This document shows, one piece after another, positions 39,266 to 49,551 of a stretch of 64,000 nt of DNA. Below the pieces are notes generated by a model that was not told the DNA's origin, made no database searches, and saw only the letters and a program-made list of their open reading frames with translations. This stretch comes from an uncultured Planctomycetota bacterium (lineage in GTDB: Bacteria > Planctomycetota > Phycisphaerae > Tepidisphaerales > Tepidisphaeraceae): contig CAWJEN010000006.1 in NCBI GenBank assembly GCA_963841915.1, positions 32,001 through 96,000 of the forward strand, written 5' to 3'. Every line of letters starts with the position of its first letter. Position 1 is the stretch's first letter. The position numbers and the translations under genes were made by a program.

Positions 39266-39286
39266 TGTACTGGTGATCTCTGATCT

Positions 39287-39940
39287 TCACTCTGTCTCGA
39301 CGTCCGGTTCGCCGAGTTCCTTACGCAGCCGAATCAAGCCGCGGCGGGCATGGGTCTTTACCGTGCCGAGCGGCAGGTCGAGCTTGTCGGAGATCTCCGG
39401 ATAGCTCTGGCCGTCGAAGATGCTCATGCGAAGTACAAGGCGCTGTGGCTCGCTGAGGTGCCGCATCGCATCGACAGCCCGGCTGGCGTCCTCAGCAATC
39501 TCAGCCGCCTCATCAGGGCCGGCGTAATCGTTGCCGAAGGTCGACAAGGATGCTTCGCTCTCGCCCGTCATCCGGATCCGGCGACTTGTGCGACGAAGCC
39601 GATCGATCAGACGACGCCGGGCGATCGTCATGACGAACGTCCATTCCGAACCGACGTCTGCATCGAACCGGTCGGCGTGACGCCAGAGGTTCAAGAAGAT
39701 GTCCTGGCAGGCATCCTCGGCCTCGGCATGGGTTCGGCAGCTACTGCGGGCCATCGACCAGATTGCACCGCTGTACCTGTCGACACAGGCCTCAATCGCG
39801 CCAGGCTCGGTCACGGCAACACGTGGCAGCAGAGGCTGCTCGCGGGCAACGTCACTAACGCGTTTAGGCGACGATGAAGCCGGCACGCGGGTCGTGCGGC
39901 CGATTCGAAACCAGGCAGGGGTAAGTGCGGCCACTCGCAT
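39287..39940 (-). CDS. ECF RNA polymerase sigma factor (start uncertain)
   Basis: AEDACQDIFLNLW, IARRRLIDRLR and EISDKLDLPLGTVKT. Confidence 0.9.
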   Translation of the reverse strand: MRVAALTPAWFRIGRTTRVPASSSPKRVSDVAREQPLLPRVAVTEPGAIEACVDRYSGAIWSMARSSCRTHAEAEDACQDIFLNLWRHADRFDADVGSEWTFVMTIARRRLIDRLRRTSRRIRMTGESEASLSTFGNDYAGPDEAAEIAEDASRAVDAMRHLSEPQRLVLRMSIFDGQSYPEISDKLDLPLGTVKTHARRGLIRLRKELGEPDVETE

Positions 39941-40148
39941 GAGGCGAATCGAAGCGATAAAGGTCAGGAGGAGGCTTACGAGGATCGCAAGCGCTTACGC
40001 CAGCTTAACCCATTAACTGCCAGATCGTCAAGCTCGTTGTAACGCCGAAATGGGGGAGCTTGTGAAGTGCATCAGCCGCCATTGATGCGAAACCTGCTTC
40101 TAATCGGACCTTGCATAGCAGCTTTCACCGGTTAAGCTGTAGGTGGAG

Positions 40149-40646
40149 ATGAATTCGCCTAGCAACACCGACCAGCCCGCGTCATTCGGGCGAAAACGCG
40201 GTCACCTTGGCCTGCTGGCTGCAATTGCCGTCCTCGTGACGTGTGGTGCGGGGCTCAGCATCCGCTCGCTGTCGCCGCAGACGGCTTCCATGGCAAAGTT
40301 TTCGCTTCGCGACTCGACTGGTGAACGGGTTCGGCTGGCCGACGTCACGCGAGATGGGCCGGCTTTGCTTGTCTTCGGCCATTCCTCACGCGAAGTGGCG
40401 GCCCTTGCTTCGGTAACCGGCGTGCACGAGGTGGCCATCGTGCTGAATCGAGACCCTGTCACGGAGCTGACGATCGGCCGGGGCATCCGATATCTCGTCG
40501 ACCCCGACGGCACTTTGGCCGCAGCCTTCGGTGCCGAAGCCGAGGCCGACGATCCGCACACAATCATCCTCGGCAGCGACGGACAAGTGCTGGCCGCGGG
40601 CAAGGCTTCTGGCCTTGCCGCCCGCGTGTTGCAGCGAAGCATTTAG
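40149..40646 (+). CDS. Membrane-anchored redoxin-fold-like protein without CxxC
   Basis: N-terminal TM; FSLRDSTGERVRLAD, LVDPDGTLAAAFG and PHTIILGSDGQV. Confidence 0.65.
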   Translation: MNSPSNTDQPASFGRKRGHLGLLAAIAVLVTCGAGLSIRSLSPQTASMAKFSLRDSTGERVRLADVTRDGPALLVFGHSSREVAALASVTGVHEVAIVLNRDPVTELTIGRGIRYLVDPDGTLAAAFGAEAEADDPHTIILGSDGQVLAAGKASGLAARVLQRSI

Positions 40647-40648
40647 AT

Positions 40649-41944
40649 TTAGTCAGGTTTAAGTGCGGCCCGAACCGCCTCCGCGTGTTCGGGAGTCACG
40701 TGCAGCCGCCGCGTCTTCAGCGTGGCAGATTCGTCATCCAACGCAGCGACGAACGGTGACGCTTCAGCGAGGTCGACGGTGCCCGTCGGCGTGTCGATCA
40801 AGATACCACCGCCACCCGACTTGTACGGACGGTTAAAGGGTTCGTCTGAAAAGACGTCGTAATCGGGCTGCCCGCCAGCATTCGTGACGACGTTCCTAGC
40901 GACCTGCAATGCACTGGCCACGTGTCGCTGCTCCAGATCGATCGTCTTGAAAAGCGTGCGATCAAGCAGGCCTGCACAGAGCTTTGCGAGCATCGCGTCG
41001 CCGCCCCGTCGCCAAGCTTTGAAGCAGCCCAGCACCGACACATCGTCGAGCTCGATGAACTCGTCCGTCGCGAGGCGATCTCCGGTCAGCACCCTCGCCA
41101 CCGCACCGCTGCCGGGCGGCAGAGCCAGGTTCGGCCCCGTCACATCACCCGTCGCCTCACCGAGCAACAGCTCGCGAGCTCGCCGCAGTGCGAGCGTGAC
41201 CATGCCCTCCGCGGCCCGAACGACCTTGTGGAAATAGACGTGGCGGTACATATGGTACCGCGCCTGCAGAAAGGACTCAGCCGCGCTGACGCCTTTGTAC
41301 CCGATCGCCAGACGCGGCCCACCCGTGCTCTCGACAACCGTCATCGCCTGCAGCAGCCACGCCAGATCGTACTGCCCGTAGCGACTGCCCGTCATGAGAT
41401 TGTCCCGCAGCAAATAGTCGAGCCGGTCGGCGTCGAGCTGACTTGAAATCACGTCACACGTCAGGGACCCGCCGCAACCTTCGAGGAGCGAGACGGCCCG
41501 CTCAGGCAGCGTCTGCTCGTGTCGGATCAGAACCCGATAGACCGCCCCATCGGGATCGAGGATCAGGCGACGCGTAACGCCCTCATGCCTGATGCCGCTG
41601 ACGCGTTCGAACACGTGACTGAACGGGCCGTGCCCCAGGTCGTGCAGCAATGCGGCGGCAAGTGTGGCATCACGCTGCAACTCGTCGACGGCGTACCCGC
41701 CACGCTCGAGGCGGGCGAGGATCTTGCGGGCGGTCTCGAAGACCCCCAGGCTGTGGCTGTAGCGGCTGTGATCTGCACCGGGATAAGCGAGGCTGGCGAG
41801 CCCGAGCTGCCGCACGCGTCGCAGCCGCTGAACCTCCGGACACGCCAGCAGGTCAAGTGCCAGGCGATCGACCGGCTCGTCAAGGCGGAGCGCAATGACG
41901 TCGTGCACCGGGTCGCGAAGCACTTTTTCACCGGCAGATCGCAT
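40649..41944 (-). CDS. HD-domain phosphohydrolase (SAMHD1/YdhJ-like)
   Basis: RDPVH, QRLRRVRQLG, HSRYSHSLG, LHDLGHGPFSH and DADRLDYL. Confidence 0.92.
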   Translation of the reverse strand: MRSAGEKVLRDPVHDVIALRLDEPVDRLALDLLACPEVQRLRRVRQLGLASLAYPGADHSRYSHSLGVFETARKILARLERGGYAVDELQRDATLAAALLHDLGHGPFSHVFERVSGIRHEGVTRRLILDPDGAVYRVLIRHEQTLPERAVSLLEGCGGSLTCDVISSQLDADRLDYLLRDNLMTGSRYGQYDLAWLLQAMTVVESTGGPRLAIGYKGVSAAESFLQARYHMYRHVYFHKVVRAAEGMVTLALRRARELLLGEATGDVTGPNLALPPGSGAVARVLTGDRLATDEFIELDDVSVLGCFKAWRRGGDAMLAKLCAGLLDRTLFKTIDLEQRHVASALQVARNVVTNAGGQPDYDVFSDEPFNRPYKSGGGGILIDTPTGTVDLAEASPFVAALDDESATLKTRRLHVTPEHAEAVRAALKPD

Positions 41945-42031
41945 GGACGCACTTTACCCGTGTCGCCCCACACGCAAAACGCCGCGACCAAAGGGCCGCG
42001 GCGCTTGCTGATTCATCTCCAAACGGCCGCC

Positions 42032-42628
42032 TTAGCGGTAGAATTCGATGATAAGGTTCATGTTGACCTCGAACGGCACGTCGTCAGGCGTCGGCAGCGC
42101 CTGCACCGTGGCGGTCAGGCCGTTCGGGTTGAAGTTGATCCACGACGGAACTTCGTGACCGGCCATCGACTCCATGTTCTCACGAACAAGAGGCTTTGCC
42201 TTTTCCTTGAAGCTGATCTCCATGCCTGGCTCGACGACGAAGCTGGGGATGTCGACCTTCTTGCCGTTCACGAGCACGTGGCCGTGGTTGACCATCTGGC
42301 GTGAGGCCCAGATCGTGCGGGCGGTGCCCATACGGCGGACGACGTTGTCAAGCCGACGCTCGAGCATCTGCACGAACACGGTTGCCGTGTTGCCCTTGGA
42401 GCGACGGGCGCCGTCGAGGGTGCGACGGAACTGCTTTTCGAGCACGCCGTAGTGGTATCGCAGCTTTTGCTTCTCGATGAGGCGGATGCCGTACTCGGTG
42501 TTGCGGCGGCCGCGGTAGCCGTGCACGCCAGGGAGCTGCAGCTCTTTGCTGGTGTGCTTCGGAATGTCGGCAATCGGAACGCCGACGCGGCGGGACAGAC
42601 GAACTTTAGGGCCGGTGTAACGGGCCAT
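42032..42628 (-). CDS. rpsD: 30S ribosomal protein S4 (zinc-free type, stand-alone)
   Basis: MARYTGP, EKQKLR, LERRLDN and IIEFY. Confidence 0.98.
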   Translation of the reverse strand: MARYTGPKVRLSRRVGVPIADIPKHTSKELQLPGVHGYRGRRNTEYGIRLIEKQKLRYHYGVLEKQFRRTLDGARRSKGNTATVFVQMLERRLDNVVRRMGTARTIWASRQMVNHGHVLVNGKKVDIPSFVVEPGMEISFKEKAKPLVRENMESMAGHEVPSWINFNPNGLTATVQALPTPDDVPFEVNMNLIIEFYR

Positions 42629-42841
42629 AGGGTTTGCTCCGCGACTACTTCAAGTCGCTTCCCGGGCGGGCACGGCATCCATCACTTCCCGCGGAACAGT
42701 GAGCGACAACTTACGTGCGACAGCAGGCAGCTTCCGCGTGGCTCGGGGCACACGGGCCTGCACAGGTTGTAAAGCAGACGTCGAACACCGACGCCCGCCG
42801 CGGGTCGCCACGTTAGGCCACCAGGCTAGATCTTTCCCGAG

Positions 42842-43885
42842 TCACTGCGGCAACGCTTCAGTAGAGTCGATCAGAACCGTCGTCACATCGTCAATCAGCG
42901 GCGTGTAGAGCACAAGGTTCGACCGCCAGTCGCTCAAAATCGATCCACCTGCCGGCTCCCGCGTCACGGCAAAGGCGATGGCCTGGCCGACCGGCAGCGT
43001 CGGTCGCAACAGCAGCGTTCGAAGCTGATCGTCGCGGCGGCTTCGCTCGCGCACATTAAACACTCCAGCCGGAACGCGATTCGCCCCTTCGGGTCGATCG
43101 GCGTCAACGATCCAAAATTGGTACTGCTCAACCGCCGCGTCATTCGGCGGCAGGCCGATGATCTGAGCCAGGCCGCCCTGTCGAGCGTCGCTCCACAAGA
43201 CGTTACCACCGGCTGCCTCGGGTGCGCCAGCGACCGGCTTCATCCAAATTCGAGCGGCACCGGCTTCTTCGGCAATGCGATACGACACATGACCCGCGCC
43301 GCCGATCTCTTCGACAGGTCCATCGGCGATAAGGGGGCCGATGTCAACCGTCTGCTGGGTCAAGCGGAGCACGACGACGCCCAGGCCGATGGCAGTCACA
43401 AGCAAGGCAACTGCGACGAACACGCTGATCCTAGCCAGTTGCCGCCATTGTTGCATTTGCGAGGCGAGTTCGACCCGTTGCTCTTGCCGCGATGCGTTCC
43501 AAAGAGCCGCCGACATGTTCCGTCGCACATCGGCAGGCATGACATGCAGTCCGGCGTGACGCCGCTTCGTTGTCGGCTCTGGATCAGATGACGCGTCAGC
43601 TTCAGCCCGCATCACGCCCTCGAACAAGCCACGCATGCCGGCGAACTCGGCTCTCAACGACGCGGCCTCGCCGGGGAGCAGGATGCGCAGCCGCTCATAA
43701 GACTGTCTTTCTTGCGGCGTGAGCGTGTCAAGCCCACCCAGCACGACATCCGCTGTCAGGTCCCGCAGTTCCCCTACGGCAGAGGCGACGTCCTGCGACG
43801 CGTAACGTAGCGGCATCTGCTGACCGGCAGCGACACCTTCGGGCTCTGACCGTTGGCGGTGAATGTCGGATCTCTGGTTCGGCAT
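42842..43885 (-). CDS. RskA-like anti-sigma factor
   Basis: Single TM; GLPPND...QYQFWIVD...GVF...FAVTREPAGGS C-terminal motif. Confidence 0.8.
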   Translation of the reverse strand: MPNQRSDIHRQRSEPEGVAAGQQMPLRYASQDVASAVGELRDLTADVVLGGLDTLTPQERQSYERLRILLPGEAASLRAEFAGMRGLFEGVMRAEADASSDPEPTTKRRHAGLHVMPADVRRNMSAALWNASRQEQRVELASQMQQWRQLARISVFVAVALLVTAIGLGVVVLRLTQQTVDIGPLIADGPVEEIGGAGHVSYRIAEEAGAARIWMKPVAGAPEAAGGNVLWSDARQGGLAQIIGLPPNDAAVEQYQFWIVDADRPEGANRVPAGVFNVRERSRRDDQLRTLLLRPTLPVGQAIAFAVTREPAGGSILSDWRSNLVLYTPLIDDVTTVLIDSTEALPQ

Positions 43886-44116
43886 AGACGCTCGGCGGCC
43901 ACAGCTAACAGCCTGGAACCACAACAAGGTCGCACAGGCAATGCTCGGCCCTCCCAAGCCGGCCAATGCGACGGTTCCTCCGCGAGGGTCTTCGCCAACG
44001 TCGCGAGCCTGGTTTCACCAGATGTCGTAATCTCGATTAACAGCGCATCCGCTCTCTGCAGGCGGAAGATGTTCCGTTGGTAACCAGCTCGATCTCGCTA
44101 CTCGAAGCTCAACCCA

Positions 44117-44791
44117 TCACGTTCTGAAGGCGACCGATTCGTCGTCTCCCCATCCTTCGTCATTAGGGGTACACGCAGCGGCCGCTGAGGAGAGGCGGTC
44201 TTCGAGTTCCGATGCCGTGAGCCCGGTGATGCGAAACGTTTTCTCCGCCTTCGTCTGCCCGCTTACAATGGCCAACTGGTGCTGCGGCACGCCGAGCGCC
44301 AGCCCGACCTGCTTCAACGCGGCGGCGTTGGCCAAGCCGCTTTCGGCATCAACCGTTGCCGCGATGCGGATCAACCCGCTCTCGATCGCAAGCACCGCAC
44401 TGCTCGCTGCACCGCCTTCGACCAGAACCTCGACAGTCATCGCTTCAACGTCGCCCTCCGTCCCTGCCGTCGCTGTGCCACCGGCCGATGCCATGCCAAG
44501 CAACGCGTCGAGGTCATCATCATCCAGCGGCGTAGAGCCGGTCATATCGACGCTCACAGAATCGCGGCGCGGCGGGGTCGGTTCGTAATTAACCGGCGTC
44601 GGATATAGTCGCGGCTTGCCGAATGCACGCCAGAAGGTGAAGTAGAAGATGACGAAGAAGTCGTGCGGCTCGTGGCGGCCGAGCAGCTTGGCGAGTATTT
44701 GAAACCCGCCGAGCGTCGCTAGAGCAACGACTTCGAGCAGTAGCAGCCAAGCGAGAGCGTCCGGCCACCAATCGAAGACAAATTGGTTCAT
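44117..44791 (-). CDS. Membrane-anchored protein with a C-terminal DUF167/YggU-like domain
   Basis: GLANAAAL...LGVP...IVSGQTKAEK motif. Confidence 0.7.
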   Translation of the reverse strand: MNQFVFDWWPDALAWLLLLEVVALATLGGFQILAKLLGRHEPHDFFVIFYFTFWRAFGKPRLYPTPVNYEPTPPRRDSVSVDMTGSTPLDDDDLDALLGMASAGGTATAGTEGDVEAMTVEVLVEGGAASSAVLAIESGLIRIAATVDAESGLANAAALKQVGLALGVPQHQLAIVSGQTKAEKTFRITGLTASELEDRLSSAAAACTPNDEGWGDDESVAFRT

Positions 44792-44818
44792 AGCTTCAAA
44801 TGAAGAGCGTGGCGACGC

Positions 44819-45067
44819 TCAGAAAGACTCCGCCCGCGCTTCGCGGTAGGCAGCAATCAACGCCTGAATGATTCGTCGGCCCAAGAAGAAGACAACACAG
44901 GCAAACAGGATGTAATACAACCCGGTCAGCACTGCCTCGCTGACGAGCCACGTTTGCGCGAGCTGCTTGCCCTCCGGCGAGAGCTGCTCAGCGTATTCCG
45001 CCGCTTCGCGGTACTCCTGCGTCGTGAACGATGCCAACGCGGACGTGATGTGTGCCCCAAATCCCAT
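44819..45067 (-). CDS. Small hypothetical membrane protein
   Basis: ATG 7 nt after TAGAGT; one hydrophobic helix. Confidence 0.6.
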   Translation of the reverse strand: MGFGAHITSALASFTTQEYREAAEYAEQLSPEGKQLAQTWLVSEAVLTGLYYILFACVVFFLGRRIIQALIAAYREARAESF

Positions 45068-45209
45068 AAGTCCCACTCTAAAGCAGCATCGTCCCCGCTG
45101 CAAATAGACACAGATCGGGTGGCAAAAGAAACCGGCCCGGCCACTTTCGTGGACGGGCCGGCGGATTCAACCGGACAAGAAGCCCGAGAAGTCGCTCGCT
45201 GACGATGCC

Positions 45210-46781
45210 TTAGTAAAGGCGGGTCGGCTCAGCCTCGGTGATGTCGCCGTCTGTGTTGTCACTGTTGATCGTGACATCAAACTTCTGACCACCAGCGGCC
45301 TCAACGGCCTCGACGGTGACGTACCAGGTGACGCTGCCGCCACTCTCGAGTGTCGGAACTTCGGTCATCGTGACCTTGTTGCCGTCGTTGGTGACCTCGG
45401 TGTCGCCTTGGGCGCTGACGAACTTCGTGCCCTTGGGCAGGACGGCCGAGACCTTCAGGTTGTTGTCCGGGCCACTGCCTTCGTTAATGACGGTGACTTC
45501 GTAGACGGTTTGACCGCCGACCTGGACCGGGTCCTGCTGGTCGACGACCTCGAGCTGGAGAGCGCTGATCGTGCGGACCTCGAGCTGGGCGACAGCCTCG
45601 GCACGGGCGAGCTCTGCACCGCTGTCGCGGCAAACAGCTTGCGTCACCGCACCGAGCTTCACGACGGCCGCTTCGTCAGGCGTGCTGACGTCGACGTAGA
45701 CGGTCGTGCTCTGACCTGGCTGCAGCGTGCCGAGCATGATCTTGTCGTCGTCACCACGCTGATCGTCGCTGACGTAGATGTTGGTCACTTCGGCACCCTG
45801 GCCGGCGGCCGCGGCAAGCACCGCACGGTCGGCGGCGACGCTGCCGGTGTTGCGGATCGTCAGCTGGAACCGAGCATCCTCACCGACGTAGGTGAACGGA
45901 CGGGCCGGCTGGGCCGAAATCTCAAGCTTCGGAGCGGCAAACTCAGCTTCGATCCGCTCGCTCTTGACCTCGCCCAGTTCGCTCTTGGCGATTGCGTAGC
46001 TGCCGAAGCTGGCCGGGCGCTCAGCCTTGACCATCACGCGTTGCTCCATCGACTTACCGGCGGCAAGGTCGCCGACTTCCATCTCCATCGTCCGCTCGCC
46101 GCTCTCGGCGAACATCATGCCCTCGGGCAGCTCGTCGAACAGCAACACGTCACTGGCGGCGGTGTCGCCCTCGTTCTTGAGAACGTAGACCATCTCGACA
46201 GGCGTGCAAACGCTGAATGGGCCTTCGCTGGCGAGCGACTTCGTCAGGCGAAGCTCGGGGTTCACGACGCTCAGCACCGAGCAAATGCCGCGGTCGAACT
46301 CGTAGTACGTGCAAGCCTGCAGGTCGCCGAGCTGTTGGGGCGTGCCCTTGATCGTGATGCTGCCGGTGTCGCCGTCGCGCATTTCGTTCATGCGGAACGT
46401 CAGGACGTTGCCGTCCTGGCTCGTCGGCTCGGGCGTCGACGACTCGAAGGCGAAACCTTCGGGCAGCTCTTCGCGGATGATCAGGCCGTTAACACCGCCA
46501 CCGCTGGTGTTGGCGTAGTTGATCGTGTACTCGGTCGTCGTGCCGAGCTTAATCTCCTGCGGAGCCGACTTTTCGATCGTGATGTCGCCTTCAGCCGTTG
46601 CAGTGGCCATCTTGCCCGACTGCATTAGCACGGGCACAATGCGGCCGGAGGTTTCGATCTCTAGCTCGGCGTCGTCGTCGTCACAGGCGACGTTGAAGCC
46701 TGCGAGTCCGACGCCGGCGGCGAGGAGGGCGGTCATGCTCAGGCGACGGCCGAGCGGAAGGGTATTGGCGAGTTTCAGCAT
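45210..46781 (-). CDS. DUF11-repeat (OmcB-like) lipoprotein
   Basis: NVAC lipobox-like; repeated Ig-like units (IEKSAP..., DPVQVGGQTVYEVTVINEGSGPD); ends EPTRLY. Confidence 0.8.
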   Translation of the reverse strand: MLKLANTLPLGRRLSMTALLAAGVGLAGFNVACDDDDAELEIETSGRIVPVLMQSGKMATATAEGDITIEKSAPQEIKLGTTTEYTINYANTSGGGVNGLIIREELPEGFAFESSTPEPTSQDGNVLTFRMNEMRDGDTGSITIKGTPQQLGDLQACTYYEFDRGICSVLSVVNPELRLTKSLASEGPFSVCTPVEMVYVLKNEGDTAASDVLLFDELPEGMMFAESGERTMEMEVGDLAAGKSMEQRVMVKAERPASFGSYAIAKSELGEVKSERIEAEFAAPKLEISAQPARPFTYVGEDARFQLTIRNTGSVAADRAVLAAAAGQGAEVTNIYVSDDQRGDDDKIMLGTLQPGQSTTVYVDVSTPDEAAVVKLGAVTQAVCRDSGAELARAEAVAQLEVRTISALQLEVVDQQDPVQVGGQTVYEVTVINEGSGPDNNLKVSAVLPKGTKFVSAQGDTEVTNDGNKVTMTEVPTLESGGSVTWYVTVEAVEAAGGQKFDVTINSDNTDGDITEAEPTRLY

Positions 46782-46869
46782 GTCTTGGATCTCCGTGAAG
46801 TGATGGTCAATGTCGTACAGAAGCTCACCTCTGGCAGTACCTGCCAAGTGGGAGCTACCAGACAGCAAG

Positions 46870-46885
46870 GCAACTTGCCTGCCAA
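46870..46885 (-). promoter_or_regulatory. Sigma-54 (-24/-12) promoter of the DUF11 gene
   Basis: Minus strand TTGGCAGGCAAGTTGC fits GG-N10-GC, with TGGCA and TTGC. Confidence 0.7.
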
Positions 46886-47028
46886 ACGCGTGGAACGTCC
46901 GACATTTCTTACCGTCTGGTCTGATTCCGCGGTCAGGGCGAGCTGCAGAGGCCGACTGGGGTAGCGGTGCTGCGTCGTCTTGTCAGGTCGTCGCACCTCC
47001 TCCGACAGCCTGCGCCAATAGTTACCGC

Positions 47029-48039
47029 TTGCTCCACGACCTGCCGAGCCTGCGACGGAACCTGCTGCGCTGGTATGACACGAATGCACGCGAACTGCCG
47101 TGGCGTGGCGAAGGGTGCACGCCATATCGCGTGCTCGTCAGCGAGTTCATGCTCCAGCAAACGCAGGTCGCGACGGCTTTGCCCTACTTCGAGCGGTTTT
47201 TGGCCGCGTTACCTACCGTCGAAGCCTTGTCCCAGGCTGATGAAGCCGTCGTCCTTCGGTTGTGGCAAGGCCTTGGGTACTACAGCCGAGCGAGACGGCT
47301 TCAGGCGACGGCGAGAGTGATCGTCGAGCGTTACAACAGCCTTGTGCCACGCGATGTGCCGGCCTTGCTCGCCCTGCCGGGTGTCGGCAGGTACACCGCC
47401 GGCGCGATCGCATCCATTGCCTTCAACGTCCCGGCCCCGATCGTCGACGGCAACGTGGTCCGTGTGCTGACGCGGTTGCACGCGATCCAGGATGATCCGG
47501 CACAGCCTGCCGTCCAACGGCAACTCTGGTCGCTGGCCGAGGCGGCGGTCGATCCAAAGCGGCCGGGCGACTTCAACTCGTCGCTAATGGAGCTTGGAGC
47601 GACCGTCTGTACGTCGAGGTCGCCGCGTTGTTTAACTTGTCCGGTGCGGCGTCACTGTGCTGCCAAGGCGGCCGGGCTTGAAGAAACTATTCCACCACCG
47701 AAGCAAACCAGGCAGTTGCCGAGGGTCGAACGCCACGTATGGCGCGTGGAGACGGACGACAATCGCCTGCTTGTCGAGCAACGGCCGACCAGCGGTCGCT
47801 GGGCCTCTATGTGGCAATTCATCAGCCGCCCCGCCGGCTCGCCACCACCGGTTGAGCTCGACGGCGTCCGCAGCCTCGGCACAATCAGCCACGCGCTGAC
47901 GCACCGCAAGTACCAGTTCCACGTCAGTCGCGCCCGACTTGTCGGCCAAGTGCCCGACGCCTTTGTTGCAGCCGACGAACAGGCGCTCGACAAGCTTGCG
48001 ATGCCCAAGCCGCACGTACGTATTCGATACATGACTTAA
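47029..48039 (+). CDS. mutY: A/G-specific adenine glycosylase
   Basis: RELPWR, SEFMLQQTQV, WQGLGYY, LPGVGRYTA, VDGNV and Fe-S cysteines; TTG start inferred. Confidence 0.95.
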   Translation: MLHDLPSLRRNLLRWYDTNARELPWRGEGCTPYRVLVSEFMLQQTQVATALPYFERFLAALPTVEALSQADEAVVLRLWQGLGYYSRARRLQATARVIVERYNSLVPRDVPALLALPGVGRYTAGAIASIAFNVPAPIVDGNVVRVLTRLHAIQDDPAQPAVQRQLWSLAEAAVDPKRPGDFNSSLMELGATVCTSRSPRCLTCPVRRHCAAKAAGLEETIPPPKQTRQLPRVERHVWRVETDDNRLLVEQRPTSGRWASMWQFISRPAGSPPPVELDGVRSLGTISHALTHRKYQFHVSRARLVGQVPDAFVAADEQALDKLAMPKPHVRIRYMT

Positions 48040-48054
48040 CTCCACCACATAGTG

Positions 48055-48087
48055 GAAGAAGCCGCGCCTTAGCAGCGCGGCTTCTTC
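48055..48087. terminator. Bidirectional terminator
   Basis: GAAGAAGCCGCGC/GCGCGGCTTCTTC. Confidence 0.75.
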
Positions 48088-48108
48088 CTGAATGGCAACC
48101 AGACCGTG

Positions 48109-49467
48109 CTACCGCGTGTTGCTCCCCATCGGCGTCAGCACATTGCTGCGGCCAGCGTTGATGGTGAGCTTCACCGTCTTTTGCGGGTCAGGCGTCACGC
48201 GGCTGGCGAACTCGTCGTAGTACTTGTTGATAAACGTCCGCGTCGCCCACGCCGTGCCGTCGGCCAGGCCGCAGATCGTCGTGCCGGGCATGATGCCCAT
48301 CGTCTTCTCGAGTTCGAGCAGCATGTCGATGTCGCGCTGCCGGCCGTGACCTTCGACAATGCGGTCGAGAATCTTCCGCATCCAGTGGCTGCCCTCACGG
48401 CACGGCGTGCACTGGCCGCACGACTCGTGGCTGTAGAACCGGACGCAGTTGCGTAAGGCATTGACCATGTCCGTGTGCTCGTTCATGACGATCATGCCCG
48501 CCGTTCCGAGGCCCAGGCAGCCGCCGTTGAAGCGGACATCATCGAAATCGAGCTTCACGTCAAGCTGGTCCGGCCCGAGCACGCCCATGGAGATGCCGCC
48601 GCAGATAGAGCCCTTGTAGGCCCCGCCCTTCATGCCGCCAGCCATCTCGATGCTTTCGCCGAGCGTGATGCCCAGCGGAGCTTCATAGACGCCCGGATCG
48701 TTGAGGTGACCGCTCATGCCGAACAGCTTGGGGCCCGGTGAACTCTTGGTGCCCATGCTCTTGAACCAATCGGCCCCGCGTTCCAGAATCCAAGGCATGC
48801 AGCAGAGCGTTTCGACGTTGTTGATGACCGTCGGCTTACCGAACGCACCTTCGATGGCCGGAAACGGCGGCTTGATCCGCGGCCAACCCCGCTTGCCTTC
48901 GAGAGCTTCGAGCAAGCCCGTCTCTTCGCCGCAGATGTAAGCCCCGGCACCCATGTGGACGTAGCACTCAAGCGGCCGGCCCAAAATCGAGTCCTTGCCG
49001 AAGATGTTGTTGGCGTACGCCTCAGCGACGGCCTTCTCCAGCACTTTGATCTGCCGGTGATACTCGCCGCGAATGAAGAGATAGATGACATCGACTTGCG
49101 TCGCGATCGAGCAAATCGCACAGCCTTCGAGCAGCTGGTGCGGGTCGTAGTCGATCAGGTAGCGGTCCTTGAACGTGCCCGGCTCCGACTCGTCGCCGTT
49201 GACGGCGAGGTAGTGCGTGGTCTTCTTTTCCTTAGGAATGAACGACCACTTCTGCCCGGCACTGAAGCCCGCCCCGCCGCGGCCACGCAGGCCGGAGTCG
49301 GTCGTGAGCTTGATGAGCTCGTCGGGCGTCATGCCGACAGCCTTCTTGAGCTGCTCATAACCGCCGGTGGCGACGTACTTGTCGTACCAGACGAGCTCCC
49401 GCTTGGCGGGATCCAGCGGGATGCGCTTGGTGAGAACGGGCTCAAAACCGGGGTAGCCGTTGGTCAT
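48109..49467 (-). CDS. nuoF: NADH-quinone oxidoreductase subunit F
   Basis: GLRGRGGAGF, DESEPGTFKDR, GAGAYICGEET and ESCGQCTPCREG. Confidence 0.97.
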   Translation of the reverse strand: MTNGYPGFEPVLTKRIPLDPAKRELVWYDKYVATGGYEQLKKAVGMTPDELIKLTTDSGLRGRGGAGFSAGQKWSFIPKEKKTTHYLAVNGDESEPGTFKDRYLIDYDPHQLLEGCAICSIATQVDVIYLFIRGEYHRQIKVLEKAVAEAYANNIFGKDSILGRPLECYVHMGAGAYICGEETGLLEALEGKRGWPRIKPPFPAIEGAFGKPTVINNVETLCCMPWILERGADWFKSMGTKSSPGPKLFGMSGHLNDPGVYEAPLGITLGESIEMAGGMKGGAYKGSICGGISMGVLGPDQLDVKLDFDDVRFNGGCLGLGTAGMIVMNEHTDMVNALRNCVRFYSHESCGQCTPCREGSHWMRKILDRIVEGHGRQRDIDMLLELEKTMGIMPGTTICGLADGTAWATRTFINKYYDEFASRVTPDPQKTVKLTINAGRSNVLTPMGSNTR

Positions 49468-49551
49468 CGCACGCGAGTCTACGCGGCAGCGGCCTGACAC
49501 GCGACGAAGGCAACAGATCTGAAACAATCGGTCAGTAGGTCGGCGGTGAGC

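Noticed and set aside
42640..42770. Cobalamin riboswitch upstream of rpsD
   Set aside because: Only scattered GGGAAG/CACTG words; the B12-box and core order are missing.
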